Assembly (NCBI GenBank): GCA_965240325.2
Contig: OZ251250.1
Coordinates: forward strand, 434,001 to 498,000
Reading direction: 5' to 3'
Length of the DNA: 64,000 nt
Source: Rebecca billardiae RCC1528
Taxonomy: Eukaryota > Protista > Haptophyta
Both the position numbers and the translations under genes were made by a program. The notes beneath the pieces were generated by a model. That model had not been told where the DNA came from, did not search any database, and saw only the letters and a list, made by a program, of their open reading frames with translations. Below, in pieces: positions 33,035-44,527 of this stretch (the first letter of the stretch is position 1; the number at the start of each line of letters is the position of its first letter).

Positions 33035-34324
33035 CTAACTGCTGCCGTCCCCTGCGCCGCCGGCTTGGACGGCGCCGCTCGCGCTCGCGAGACCCGGCGC
33101 GCCGCCCTCCGCCTCGCCCGCCCCTCCGCCGCGCGGCGGCGGCTCCTCCTCCGCCGCAGCCGCCGCGCCGCTGCCGGCCGCGCCCTCGAGCGCGGCGAGA
33201 AGTTTCGCGGAAAGTTCCCGGTGCGCGTTGGGCGGCACGACGGCGCCAGCTCTCAACACGAGCAGCTCAGCGTCGGCGTGCTCCGGGGTGCCCTCCTTCG
33301 GGTCGGCGAGCAGCGCGACGCTCGCGCTCGCGCTGAGCAGGTCGCACTCGGACTCCGAGAGTCCGGACAGCACCGGACTCAGGATCGCGCTCGCCGGCAG
33401 CGGGCCGCGCACAACGACGCGCGTCGCCGCCGGCCGGCCGCGCGCAAATGGTCCGGACGGCCCGGACTCGTCCTCGTCGGCGTCGGCGTCCGGCGGGAGC
33501 ACGGCGCGCGCGTTGTCCACCGCCACGGTGAACCCATGCCTGAAGCGCGCGCGCGCTCGCTCGTGGTGAGCTCGGCGGCGCGCGAGCGCGCGGCGCGGCG
33601 GCGCGGCGGCCGGAGGGCTGCGCGGCGCCGGCGTCGGCGCACGCGCGGCGCGCACCCGGCTGTGGCGGTGATGGACGAGGGCCCATCGGAGGAGTCGGCG
33701 CGCTTGAGCTGGTCCGCCCTGCGCGTGTCGATCAGCAGCAGCTGCGCGCCCGCACGCCCACGCGCCCGGGGGCGGGCAGCGGAGGGCGCGCTCGCTCAGC
33801 GGCAGCGCGGGATGGGGCGCGCCGTGCGCCGCGCGCGCGCGCGCGCGAGCGGGGGCGCGCGCGGGCGGCGCGCGCACGTTGACCATGCCGAGGCAGCAGC
33901 CGCACACGACGCCGACGCACGAGCCGAGCAGCGCGATGCGCTTGCTCCTCGGCATCCGCCGCTGCTCGAGCGTGAGACCAGACGGCGGGAGGCCGAGCGC
34001 CGAGCACATCCGCTCGACGGTGTCGCCGAAGAGGATGCCGGCGACGTCGGAGCACGCCTGGCCCATCGCGGCGGCGGAGAGGGTGCTCAGCCCGAACGCC
34101 ACGCCGATCGTGCAGTCGAGCGTGTTCCCCATCTGCAGCATCACCGTGTTGTCCATGAAGCCGAAGCCAACCATCGGCACCGCCGCGCCGAGAGCGTGTC
34201 GGTACAGTTGCTGCTTCGTGGGCGGCGGCGTGACGGGCGTGGCGCCCGCGACGGTGGCGAGCGGGCGGCGGAGCGCGGCGGGGCGGCCCAGGCCGCGCGC
34301 GCGCAGCAGCGCTCGCGCGAACAT
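33035..34324 (-). CDS. TMEM65: TMEM65-family mitochondrial membrane protein with ACT-like C-terminal domain; introns 33877-33742, 33655-33540
   Basis: Arg/Ala presequence MFARALLRAR; AVPMVGFGFMDNTVM, GLSTLSAAAMGQACSDVAG, GVVCGCCLGMVNLL; tail FTVAVDN..TRVVVRGP..ILSPVLSGLSESECDLLSAS. Confidence 0.85.
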   Translation of the reverse strand: MFARALLRARGLGRPAALRRPLATVAGATPVTPPPTKQQLYRHALGAAVPMVGFGFMDNTVMLQMGNTLDCTIGVAFGLSTLSAAAMGQACSDVAGILFGDTVERMCSALGLPPSGLTLEQRRMPRSKRIALLGSCVGVVCGCCLGMVNVRAPPARAPARARARAAHGAPHPALPLSERALRCPPPGAWACGRAAAADRHAQGGPAQARRLLRWALVHHRHSRVRAARAPTPAPRSPPAAAPPRRALARRRAHHERARARFRHGFTVAVDNARAVLPPDADADEDESGPSGPFARGRPAATRVVVRGPLPASAILSPVLSGLSESECDLLSASASVALLADPKEGTPEHADAELLVLRAGAVVPPNAHRELSAKLLAALEGAAGSGAAAAAEEEPPPRGGGAGEAEGGAPGLASASGAVQAGGAGDGSS

Positions 34325-34613
34325 CGGGACGGCGACGACACTCGGTGCGCGCACGCCGCCGCGGCCTCCCGCGGGTCCAAGCAGGGCCAAGCGAGCTTGG
34401 AGCGTTCTAAGTCCGGGTCCGGCGCGCTCGCACCGCCGCCGCGGGCGGAGACGTGTCGAAGGCTGGAGCAAGGGGAGTCGCTGGAGGCTCAGCCCAGGAC
34501 CAGCCGGACAGTCCTTTTTGTTTTCGCGCTGAATCCCGGTCTCCCGGATCGCTGATTAGTCGCACGGCCAGGCCGCCCCACCCAGCCCGTGCTCGCGAGC
34601 GACGCCTGGCGCG

Positions 34614-36798
34614 ATGGGCGTAATCACGCGCGCGCGCACGCTGCTCGTCGTGCTCGCGTCGGCGGGGCTGTGGCGCTGCGCGGGCGGCTCCCGGGCGCTC
34701 TCCCACTCGCGCATCCGCCACGCCGTCGCGCCGGCCTCCGCTCGCCGCTCCGCCGTCCTCGCCGCCGAGCAGCAGCCCGCGGCGGAAGCGGCGCGCTCGC
34801 AGGGGAAGAAGATCCTGATCGAGGTGGAGGACGAGAACATCTGGGCGGCGGAGCAGCTCGAGCTGGCCGACATGGCCCGCGCCACCGCGACCCCCTTCGC
34901 GCTGCGCGGCTACATCGGCTCCGAGACCAAGGACGCTGTCTTCCCGTCGACACGAGACGTGTGTTTCCACGCGTTCGAGCGGTTCGGCGAGCCGCTCGAG
35001 GCGTTCGACGGTTGGCCGGGCGCGGGCGAGGCGGGCGACAAGGCGCGCCTCGCGCTGATCACCGACCTCCTCGGCGCGGTGAACCACCTGCACGGCCGCG
35101 GCCTCCCGCACCTCTGCGTGAACGAGGGCACAGTCCGGATTGGGCGCGAGCCGCTCAACAATGAGCTGCGCCTCCGGATCGTGGGCGCGGGCGCGGGGCC
35201 CTCGCTCAACGCGGCGAACCGGACGTTCCAGGTGCGCGGCGCACTGCGCGCGCGCGAGCGCGCGCCCGCCGCGCGCGCGCACGGCGGAGGGCTGCCCCGA
35301 GCGCGGCAGCTGCGTCGCGCGAGCGCTTGCCACCGCGCGCTGTGGCGCGCGCCTGCGCCGTTGACCGCCACGCCGACGTGCCGCCGCCCTGACGCCCGCC
35401 GTGCGCCGTGCAGGTGCCCCGCTCGTGGGGCTACACCGCGCCGGAGGTGCTGTCGGGAGTCATCGTGCAGGTGTGTGCGCGCGCGCGCGCCCGCGCCGCC
35501 TCTGCCGTGCGACGCGGCGCGGCGCGGCGCCGGCGCCGCGTGCCACAGCGGCGGGTGCGGCAGCGGCGAGGGACGGGCGCGCGGCGCGTGGCCGGCGCAG
35601 GGCGCTGCGCCGCGACGCGTGGGGTCGGGCGACACGCCCGGCTGACCCGCCTCGCCACGCGCGCTCTTGCCCCCGCCCGCCCCCGCGCGGCGCGCGCCCT
35701 ACCCGCCCTGACACTCCACACGCTACCCCTACTCCTACCCCTACCCACATTACCCGCCTCCGCCCGCCCTCCAGTCCAACCTGCCCGCGCTGTTCGCGAT
35801 GGACGCGTGGTCGGTCGGGACGGTCCTCGCGATGCTCGTCGGCGGGCTCCGCGCCTCGCCGCAGGCCGCCACGCCGCAGTTCTTCAAGCTCCAGTTCTCC
35901 GAGCGCTCGGCAATTCTTCAGAAAATAAATGATCGCGGCGAAGGCATGCAGGACTTTCTCTCGGCGCTCAACGACCAGTCGGGCGGCTTCCTCTTCCGCA
36001 ACGGCTGGCTGGTCGAGATGCTCATCTCGCTCCTCAAGATCGACCCGCAGGTGCGCGCGGCACGCGCCGAGCGCGCCCGACGCGCCCGGCGGCGCGCCCC
36101 GCGCGCGCGGCGCCGCGGCGCCAGCGGCTGCGGCGCGCGGGGCCGCGCGCCGCCGCCGCCCGCCACCGTCGCGCTGAGCGTGGCCCGTGGCCCGCCCCCG
36201 CCGTGCTGCCGGCGGCGTGCAGGAGCGGATGAGCGTGCGCCAGGCCTGGAAGAAGCTGCAGGAGCAGCTGCCGCCGCCGCTGCCGCCGCCCAAGCTCGGC
36301 ACAAGCACGCCGGCGCGCGCCGCGCCAGCCGCGCCCGCCGCCGCGCCCGCCGCGCCCGCCGCGGCGCCGGCCGCATCGAGCAAGACGGAGCAGACGCTGG
36401 CCGAGCGCGTGGCGGCGGCGTTCCCGTCGCCGGCGCTTGGCGCGGACGGCGTCGCGCTCCCGCCGCCCGTCCCCGCCGACGCGTCCCGCGTGCAGCCCCG
36501 CGGCGCGCCCGCGCGCGTCGGCGGCGGCGGCGGCGTGCCCTCGCAGGAGCCCTATCGATCTCTGGTGCGTGCGCCCGCGCGCCGACTTCTTTCATCTCTC
36601 TTTTTTCCGGTTCTCTCTGCTTTTATTTGCGCGCCCCTCGGGCCGCGCCCGCGGGCGCGCGTGCGCCGCGGCGGCCGTGCTGCCCGCGCGCGGGTGTCTG
36701 TGTGTGCGTGTACCCTCGCGTGCGCACGTGCCGCGCCCGTTGGTCTGTGCGGGCCGGTCTCCCGGTCTGCCCTCTCCCCCGCCGTGCGCGCGCGTGGG

Positions 36799-36838
<40 letters not shown>

Positions 36839-38180
36839 CCGGGCGCCGCGCGGTCGGAGCGCCGCCCGCGCACCCACCGTCTGCGGGCCGCGCGCCGCCC
36901 GCCCGGCTGCGCGGCTCGCTGACTGCGCGTCGCCCCACGCCCCGCACGCCGCGCGCGCGTGACGCCGCGCCGCCGCTCACGGCACCGCCGCCACTCCTGT
37001 CACTGCGGCCGCGCCGCCGCTGTTGTCCCAACCGCCGCCGCCGCCGCCGCTTTGTTTGTGTTCGATGCTTGCTTCTCGCCTTGTCGCCCGATGCGTCCGC
37101 TCCCGAACGGCTGCACCTCGCAGGAAGCCATCATCTCCATCGTGGAGGGCGGCGAGTCCCTCGGGCGCATCACCGCGGTCAAGAGGCGGCCGGCGCCGCC
37201 CACCGGCTCCGAGGGCGCCGCGCTCCCGCCGTTCGTGCGCGGAGAGGTGGTCGGCTTCCGGAACCGCGCGCGCGGCGAGCGCTGGGAGATGGCGGTGGCG
37301 GGCGCGGCCGAGCGCGGCGCGTTCCTCAACGAGGGCGACGAGGTCGAGATCGAGTCGCTGATCGGGATCGTCCTCGTGCGCGGCGGAGCGCACGTGCTCG
37401 TGGTCGAGCTCGTTGGGATGGAGCCCAATAAGGCGACGCTGCCCTCCGGTGCGCGGAGGGCGGCTGCGCGCGCACGCGCGGCCTCGCGCGGCCCTTCGCG
37501 CGCGCGCGCGCGCCCCTTCCCTCCCGCCCATCCGCCCACCTCTCGCCCCCCACCACCCGCGCTCCCTGCCCCCCACCACCCGCCTGCCGCCCGCCTGCCG
37601 CCCGCCTGCCACCCGCCTGCCACCCGCCTGCCACCCGCCTGCCACCCGCCTGCCACCCGCCTGCCACCCGCCTGCCGCCCGCCTGCCACCCGCCTGCCGC
37701 CCGCCTGCCACCCGCCTGCCACCCGCCTGCCACCCGCCTGCCACCCGCCTGCCGCCCGCCTGCCGCCCGCCTGCCACCCGCCTGCCACCCGCCTGCCACC
37801 CGCCTGCCGCCCGCCTGCCACCCGCCTGCCGCCCGCCTGCCTACCGCCTGCCGCCCGCCTGCCACCCGCCTGCCACCCGCCTGCCGCCCGCCTGCCTACC
37901 GCCTGCCGCCCGCCTGCCGCCCGCCTGCCACCCGCCTGCCACCCGCCTGCCGCCCGCCTGCCACCCGCCTGCCGCCCGCCTGCCTACCGCCTGCCGCCCG
38001 CCTGCCACCCGCCCACCCGGCTGCCACCCGGCTGCTGCGGCAGAGGTGCGCGGCATCGTCGAGGAGCTCAACGGCGCGCAGGGGCGCGGGCGGTGCAAGT
38101 ACCTCGGCCTCGAGAGCCTCGACTTCAGCGACCGCTCGACTCTGCGCGACATCTACTCCTTCTCGCTGCGCCAGTCGTGA
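34614..38180 (+). CDS. Signal/transit-peptide-bearing protein kinase-like protein (probable pseudokinase); introns 35232-35413, 35471-35774, 36051-36222, 36565-37123, 37449-38043
   Basis: LLGAVNHLHGRGLPHLCVN, GYTAPEVL, DAWSVGTVLAML, LLKIDPQ|ERMSVRQAW (kinase C-lobe); HRD and DFG not conserved. Confidence 0.75.
35697..35756 (+). repeat. Degenerate telomere-like C-rich tract in an intron
   Basis: CCCTACCCGCCCTGAC..CTACCCCTACTCCTACCCCTACCC. Confidence 0.55.
37576..38030 (+). repeat. 11-bp minisatellite (CCRCCCGCCTG) of about 41 units filling an intron
   Basis: Directly visible tandem array with A/G variants and occasional CCTACCGCCTG units. Confidence 0.95.
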
Positions 38181-38952
38181 GCGGCTGCGGCGCTGCGCGG
38201 CAGCTGCTCCCCTTCCAAGGGAGGCCCGGGCCCGGACCGCCCTTGTCCCTTCTCCCTGCGCCAGTTGTGAGGGAGCGCCGACGGTGCACTTGGGGGCGCA
38301 GGGGCGTGGAGAGGGTGGGTGGGGCGATGCGGTGGGCGGGTGGGGCCGGGCCGACGACGAGGCGACGCGGCCGACGCTCTGCACCGTGCCACGCTGCTCG
38401 GCGGCATGCCGCGTGATGCGCCGTCGTCATTCACGACTCATTGGTGCCCGCCCAATCTGGGCGGGCACTCAGCGGCATCGGGCCGAGCCCGCTACCGGCA
38501 CTCAGCGGCACTCCGGGGCCGGAGTACTCAGCCGGCCCGCGGCTCGGCCACGGCCCAAAGGCAAAGCAGAGACTCGTCCTGTCGTCCGAAGTGAAGCGTC
38601 GTGGATCGTCATCAGTCAACGGGCGTGCCTCTCGGCGGGGGGCTCCGCCTCGACCGGCCCGCCTCGGCGGCTACAGGGCACCCGCTCATCAGAGCCGCCC
38701 GATGCCAGGTCCTCGCCACGCGGGCCGGCCGAAAGCGGCAGACCTACGCCATCGTGCACCCGGCCTGGTTTCGGGCCACCAACAAAATGATACGGAAAAA
38801 AAGGGGGCAAGCCGGCAAGGGTGCCGCCTCGACAGGCGCGCCGCCATCGTGCCGCGGCCGCGAAGCGTCGCTGCCGCATCGGAGATCCCCGCGCGTCGGC
38901 GAGTCGGCCCCGACGCACGTTCGCCCCGCACGGCCGCGCCTCGCTCGGAGCG

Positions 38953-40347
38953 ATGCACGCGGTGGCCCGGCAGCTCGCGCGCGCGCGCGCCGCGGCGGCG
39001 CCCCCCGCCCGGCGGCACCTCTCCTCCGCCGGCACCATCCGCGTCGACTTCGACAAGCCGTTCGGAACGTACATGTGCGACGGGCCCGGCTCGACGCACT
39101 ACGACGCGACCAAGGAGGAGCTGATGGAGCTGTGGCGGACGATGTACAAGATGCGGCGGATGGAGCTCGCGGCGGACCAGCTGTACAAGAGCAAGCAGAT
39201 CCGCGGCTTCTGCCACCTGTACGACGGCCAGGAGGCCGTGTGCGTCGGGATGGAGGCGGCCATCACATACAAAGACTCGATCATCACTGCGTACCGCGAC
39301 CACTGCCAGCAGCTCTCGCGCGGCGACACGGTGGAGCGGATCATCTCGGAGCTGATGGGGAAGCACGCCGGCTGCGCCAAGGGCAAGGGCGGCTCGATGC
39401 ACATGTACAACGCCAAGAACAACTTCTTCGGCGGCAACGGGATCGTGGGCGCGCAGCAGCCGCTCGGCGCCGGCCTCGCGTTCGCGCACAAGTACAAGGA
39501 GGACGGCAGCGTGGCGTTCACGCTGTACGGCGACGGCGCGGCGAACCAGGGGCAGCTCTTCGAGGCGATGAACATGGCCGCGCTCTGGAAGCTCCCCGTC
39601 ATCTTCGTCTGCGAGAACAACCACTACGGTATGGGCACAGCCAAGGGACGTGCCGCCTCCCTCACTGAGTACTACAAGCGTGGGCAGTACATGCCCGGGA
39701 TGCTGGTGCGCGCGCGCGCGCGCGGAGCGCACGCGCGGCGCCGGAGGGCGGGAGAAGGGACGCGCCCGCCGCCGGGGAGCGGGGCTGCGTGGTGCGCAGC
39801 GGCGCACGCGGGCCGTGGGCGCGCGCGCGCGTCGCCCCGTCTCATGCGTGGTGTTGCGCCCGCCGCGCCGCCCGCCCCCGCCCGCTCGCGCCGCCCGCCC
39901 GCCCGCCCGCCCGCCGCGCAGTGCGACGGGATGCACGTGCTGCAGGTGAAGGAGGCGGTGGCGTACGCCGCGGCGCACTGCCGCTCGGGCGCGGGCCCGT
40001 TCGTGATCGAGTTCGACACGTACCGGTACCACGGCCACTCGATGTCCGACCCAGGTATCACCTACCGTGATCGGACGGAGGTGTCGGGCGTGCGCGAGAA
40101 GCGCGACCCTGTGAACAAGGCGAAGGCGTGGCTGCTCGAGCTGGCCGGGGTTCCGGAGGACGAGCTCAAGGGGATCGAGACGGGCATCCGGAAGGAGATC
40201 GACGCGGCCGTCGCCGCGGCCAAGGCGGCCGTCGAGCCCCCCGCTTCCGAGCTCACGCAGGACATCTACTGCGGACAGAACCCGAGCATGTTCATCCGCG
40301 GCTGCGACATGGGTACGAGCTACGGCGACTACAGCGTGAGCGGCTGA
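38953..40347 (+). CDS. PDHA1: Mitochondrial pyruvate dehydrogenase E1 alpha subunit; intron 39706-39921
   Basis: [34 protein letters not shown] motif [19 protein letters not shown], phospho-loop [11 protein letters not shown]; presequence [10 protein letters not shown]. Confidence 0.97.
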   Translation: MHAVARQLARARAAAAPPARRHLSSAGTIRVDFDKPFGTYMCDGPGSTHYDATKEELMELWRTMYKMRRMELAADQLYKSKQIRGFCHLYDGQEAVCVGMEAAITYKDSIITAYRDHCQQLSRGDTVERIISELMGKHAGCAKGKGGSMHMYNAKNNFFGGNGIVGAQQPLGAGLAFAHKYKEDGSVAFTLYGDGAANQGQLFEAMNMAALWKLPVIFVCENNHYGMGTAKGRAASLTEYYKRGQYMPGMLVRARARGAHARRRRAGEGTRPPPGSGAAWCAAAHAGRGRARASPRLMRGVAPAAPPAPARSRRPPARPPAAQCDGMHVLQVKEAVAYAAAHCRSGAGPFVIEFDTYRYHGHSMSDPGITYRDRTEVSGVREKRDPVNKAKAWLLELAGVPEDELKGIETGIRKEIDAAVAAAKAAVEPPASELTQDIYCGQNPSMFIRGCDMGTSYGDYSVSG

Positions 40348-41089
40348 GCGGGCGGCAGCCAGATGTGCCCGTCCGTGGGGGCGCGGCGTGGCACACGAGC
40401 GCCAGCCGCGGCGACTGCAGCGCGAGGGGCTGAGTGAGGCTGGCACAGCGCGCGCAGGGTCAGTCTGTGCCGCCGCGCGGCGACACGGGCCGGCGGGCGC
40501 CCGGGGGTGGGCGGTTGGTGCAGCCGAGCGGGTGGTGGTGGCAGCGGCCGAGCTGCTGCCGGCGCGGCGGCCTCGGCTGCCGCTGCGCGTTGGAGCTCGC
40601 AGCCGTGCATGCTTGTCACGGACGAGCCGGCTGCCGGGCGGCATGCCGGACGCGAGTCGGAGGAGTCGGTCGCTCGGACCGCCTGACCGGAGCTCCTGAC
40701 CTGAGTCCTGACGACCACCGTGACCGGTCCACCGGAGCATCAGCAGACTCTCGCTCATTATTCATGATTCATCGTCACGCGTCAGCTGAGGCGGCGCTGG
40801 CCGGGGCCGACTCGACTGACGACGCCGGGGCGGTGCCACCCGCGGCTCCCGTGACCCGGTGGGACGCGCTGCGCCGCTGCCAAGTCTCACGATCGATCTG
40901 GCCCAGTAGAAGTACTGCAAGACCTCTGGCCACCGCCGCTCTTCTGAGGCCAACCGGCACTGCGCGGGTAAAATGAAGTCGCGCAATAATTATTGGCGGG
41001 GCAGTCGCCCGTTCATCAAGGCCGCCCGTCTGTGCGGGGAAGGCCTCGGCTGCTCGTTGCCCCCTTCTCGCGTCGGCCGGGCCCCGCCG

Positions 41090-43902
41090 ATGGCCTCGGC
41101 GTGGGCGGCGGCTCGGCGCGGGCTGGGCGGCCTCACGGGCCCGACGCTCTCGCGCGGCGCATGCGCGCAGGGCGGGCTCCCGGCGCGCGCGCGCCCGGCG
41201 CCGTGGCTGCCGCCCGCGGCGCGCGGGCGCACGCGCGCGCAGAGCAGCGCGCCGCCGGGCGTCCGCGGGCGCGCGGTGCCGCCGCCGACCAAGCAGCAGC
41301 TGACGCAGCTCGCGCTCGCGTCGGCGGTGCCGTTCATCGGCTTCGGCTTCGCCGACAACCTCATCATGATCGTCGCGGGCGACGCCATCGACGCGAGCCT
41401 CGGCGTAAGCCTCGGGCTCACCACGATGGCCGCCGCCGGCTTTGGCAACCTGATCTCAGACGTGGCGGGTCTCGGGCTCGGCGGCGCGATCGAGGGGATG
41501 GCGAACCGGACGGGTCTGAAGATGCCCAAGCTCAGCGCCGAGCAGCAGGAGCTCTCGCGCACGCGCTGGGTCAAGGGCGTGTCGGGCGCGCTCGGCCTCT
41601 CGATCGGGTGCATTCTCGGAATGTTCCCGCTGCTTCTCGGCAGCCGGAAGCACCAGCTGTACTTCACGGAGGAGGAGGAGCTGCTGTACCAGACGCACTT
41701 CCAGCGGTACGGCGTCTCGCCGCAGCAGTTCTTCGAGCTCATGCGCCACGCGCGCTGGCGCTCCGCCGAGCCCGGCGCCGTGCTCGTCGAAGGTTCCAAG
41801 AAACTTCCGAAGGTGCTGATGCTGTTCGAGGGCGTGGCGACGGTGCGGCGCGCGCCCGACCAGCCGCCGAGCGCGCGGTTCTACGAGGGGCGGCACCAGG
41901 CGGGCGAGCTCAAGCCCGCCTCCGCCGGCGGCTGCATCATCGGCGGCACCGCGCTCGTCGACTCGGCCGTCGTGGGTAAGCCCTACCCCAACTCGGTGCG
42001 CCGCCGCCGCCGCCGCGCGTGCGTGCGCCGAGCGCCGCCGCCGCCGCCGCCGCGCGTGCGCCGCGCGCCGCCGCCGCCGCGCGTGCGCCGCGCTGCGCTG
42101 GTCTGGTTGTGCTTGGGTGGTGCGGCGGCGGTGCGACGCGCGGCGCGCGGCTGGGGGCAAACCCTCGAGCCTCACACCCCACGCCCCGCCGCGCCGACGT
42201 GGGCGCCGCACTTCTCTTTCTCACCGCGATCTCGCGACGATCTCGCGACCATCTCGCGCGCCCAGATCGTGGCGGCGGCGCCCACGCGCTGGGTGGAGTG
42301 GGACACCGGCGAGCTGAAGAAGACAATGAACGAGGACCCGGCGATCGAGGCGGCCGTGCTGCAGACGCTGTATACCGACCTCCTGCAGGGTGCGCGCGCG
42401 CGGCTGCTGCGTGCGCGCGCGCGGCTGCTGCGTGCGCGCGCGCGCGCGGCTGCTGCGTGCGCGCGCGTGCCCTGCAGTGTGCGCGTGCCCTGCCGTGTGC
42501 GCGTGCGCTGCAGTGTCTGCGCGTGCGCTGCAGTGTGCGCGCGTGCGTGCGCGATGGGCGGGGGCGGGGAGGATGGGCGGAGGAGGAGCGAAGCCCCGTC
42601 ATCTGCGCCACAGCTCTCGAGCCCAGCCGCCCGCCTCCACCGCTGGCGTGGCACACACACACACGCGCACACGCGCACACACACGCACACACGCACACAC
42701 ACGCGCACACACACGCACACACGCACACACACGCGCACACGCACACACACGCACACGCACACATACGCACACACACGCACACACACGCACACACACGCAC
42801 GGCCGTGAAGCCGGGTGGCCACAGTCTCGCGCGGCGGCCTGGGCGGCGCGCCGTGTGAACGGGTGGGGTTTGGGGTTTGGGGTTTTGGGGTGTGGTAAGG
42901 GGTTTTAGGGTGAGGGATTAGGGTTAGGGGTCAGGCGCGTGAATGGACGGGCGGGGAGGCTCGTCGTCGCTCGGCTCGCGCGCCGCCCTCCGAACCTAGT
43001 GCGCGCGCGCCACTCCGCGCCGGCGCGGCCCAACGCTGCGCACCGGCGCACCTCCGCGCCCGCGCGCCCGCGCACCCCTTGCAGGCCTGCGACTGCAGCG
43101 CAAGTCCACCGCCGCCAAGCTGCGCGGCGCTAAGACGGTCCGGGAGGGCGGCGAGGACCGCGTGGTCAGCGGCAGGCGCGTCGTGAGTAAGCTGAGTAGG
43201 GCGGGCGAGGGGTTCGGCGAGCCGGAGGGCAACGCGGCGGCGGTGGCGGCGGCGGCAGGGGCGGAGGGGGCGGCGGCGGTGGCGGGGGCGGCGGCGGCGG
43301 CGGGCGGCGGCGGCAGCGGCGGCGGGACCGTGCCGCCGGCGTCGGCGCCGAATGCGGCGGCGGGCGGCGCCGACGCGGCGCGCGCCCCGCTCGCGCGCGC
43401 CGACTCCGGCCGCGCCGGCGGCGGCGGGCTCGCGCGATACGACACGACCGAGCTCGACGCGGACGGCAACCCGCGCTCGAGTGAGAGCGCCCAGCGCGAC
43501 GAGCTCATGTACACCAACCTTCTCAAGGCGATCCTGGCCGACGAGGTCGTTCACCCGGTGGAGCGGATGCTGGTCGGCGACTACATGCGCGCAAAGGGGA
43601 TCAGCGCCGAGGTGCACCGCCGCTGCCTCGGCCGCGTGGGCTGGAGCGAGGCGGACTGGCGGATGGGCGTGCGCATGACGGGGCACGGCGCCGGCGGCGG
43701 CGCCGCCGGCGCCGGCGCGGAGGGCGACGGCGACGCGGGTCACGAAGCCCTACCCACCTCGGCGCGCGACTACTTAGAGTTTGTGCGGAGAGGCAAGAAT
43801 GACCTGCACCGCGCGCAGGAGGAGTGGTCGGCGCAGCAGCAGCGGCAGCAGCAGCAGGCGCAGCAGGCGCAGCGCGGCGCAGGCGGCGGCGGCGGCGGCT
43901 GA
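41090..43902 (+). CDS. TMEM65: TMEM65-family protein fused to a Popeye/cNMP-binding-like domain and a C-terminal TerB-like helical module; introns 41996-42265, 42390-43084
   Basis: [52 protein letters not shown]; then [41 protein letters not shown]; last exon [43 protein letters not shown]. Confidence 0.85.
42652..42800. repeat. (CA/CACG)n compound microsatellite in an intron
   Basis: Directly visible. Confidence 0.9.
42861..42935 (+). repeat. Telomere-like G-rich tract (TTAGGG variants) in an intron
   Basis: GGGGTTTGGGGTTTGGGG..TTTTAGGGTGAGGGATTAGGGTTAGGGG. Confidence 0.8.
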
Positions 43903-44527
43903 GCGGCCACTCCCTGACTACACCGCTCGCACGCGCGCCGGCACGCGCGCGCCACCGCGCTGATATGCGCGCGCATGATTTCGCGCGTTCGTCGATCGCG
44001 GCCAGCCGTGGCCGAACCCGTAAACCGGACGACCGGCGCACGCATGCCGTTGGCGCGCCGCAGCCGCGCAGCCGGGGGCTGCCGGCGGACGTGGAACTAC
44101 TGATGCGTGATGCGCCTCGATCATCGGATCATGATGACGACGATGCTAGCTGCTCATGTAGCGCAGCGCAGCAGTCGTAGCAGTCGTCATCCGGCGGTAC
44201 GGGACTCTCATAGTACGGGAGTACGTGAGTCGGGAGCAGCAGCTAGACCGATCAGCAGCAGTAGTCGATCGATGATCGATATGCTATGTAGATCTATATA
44301 TATATATCGATGATGACGCGACTGACGACGACGTAAACGCGCGCGCAGCATCAGTAGATCGACTGCTTATTATTGATGACGCGCCGACGCGAGGCGATGC
44401 TGATGATGAGATCTCGTCGTCGCGCGTCAACCTGCTCGTCAGACGACGTCTGACCAGCCGCCGGCCCGCGCCGCGCTCTCACGGCTCCGCGACGACGACA
44501 CTCACTCACTCGGACTCTCACTCAGCC

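Noticed and set aside
36959-38416. PPACHPPATRL / AGGRRVAGGWQ repeat proteins
   Set aside because: Translations of the intronic 11-bp minisatellite.
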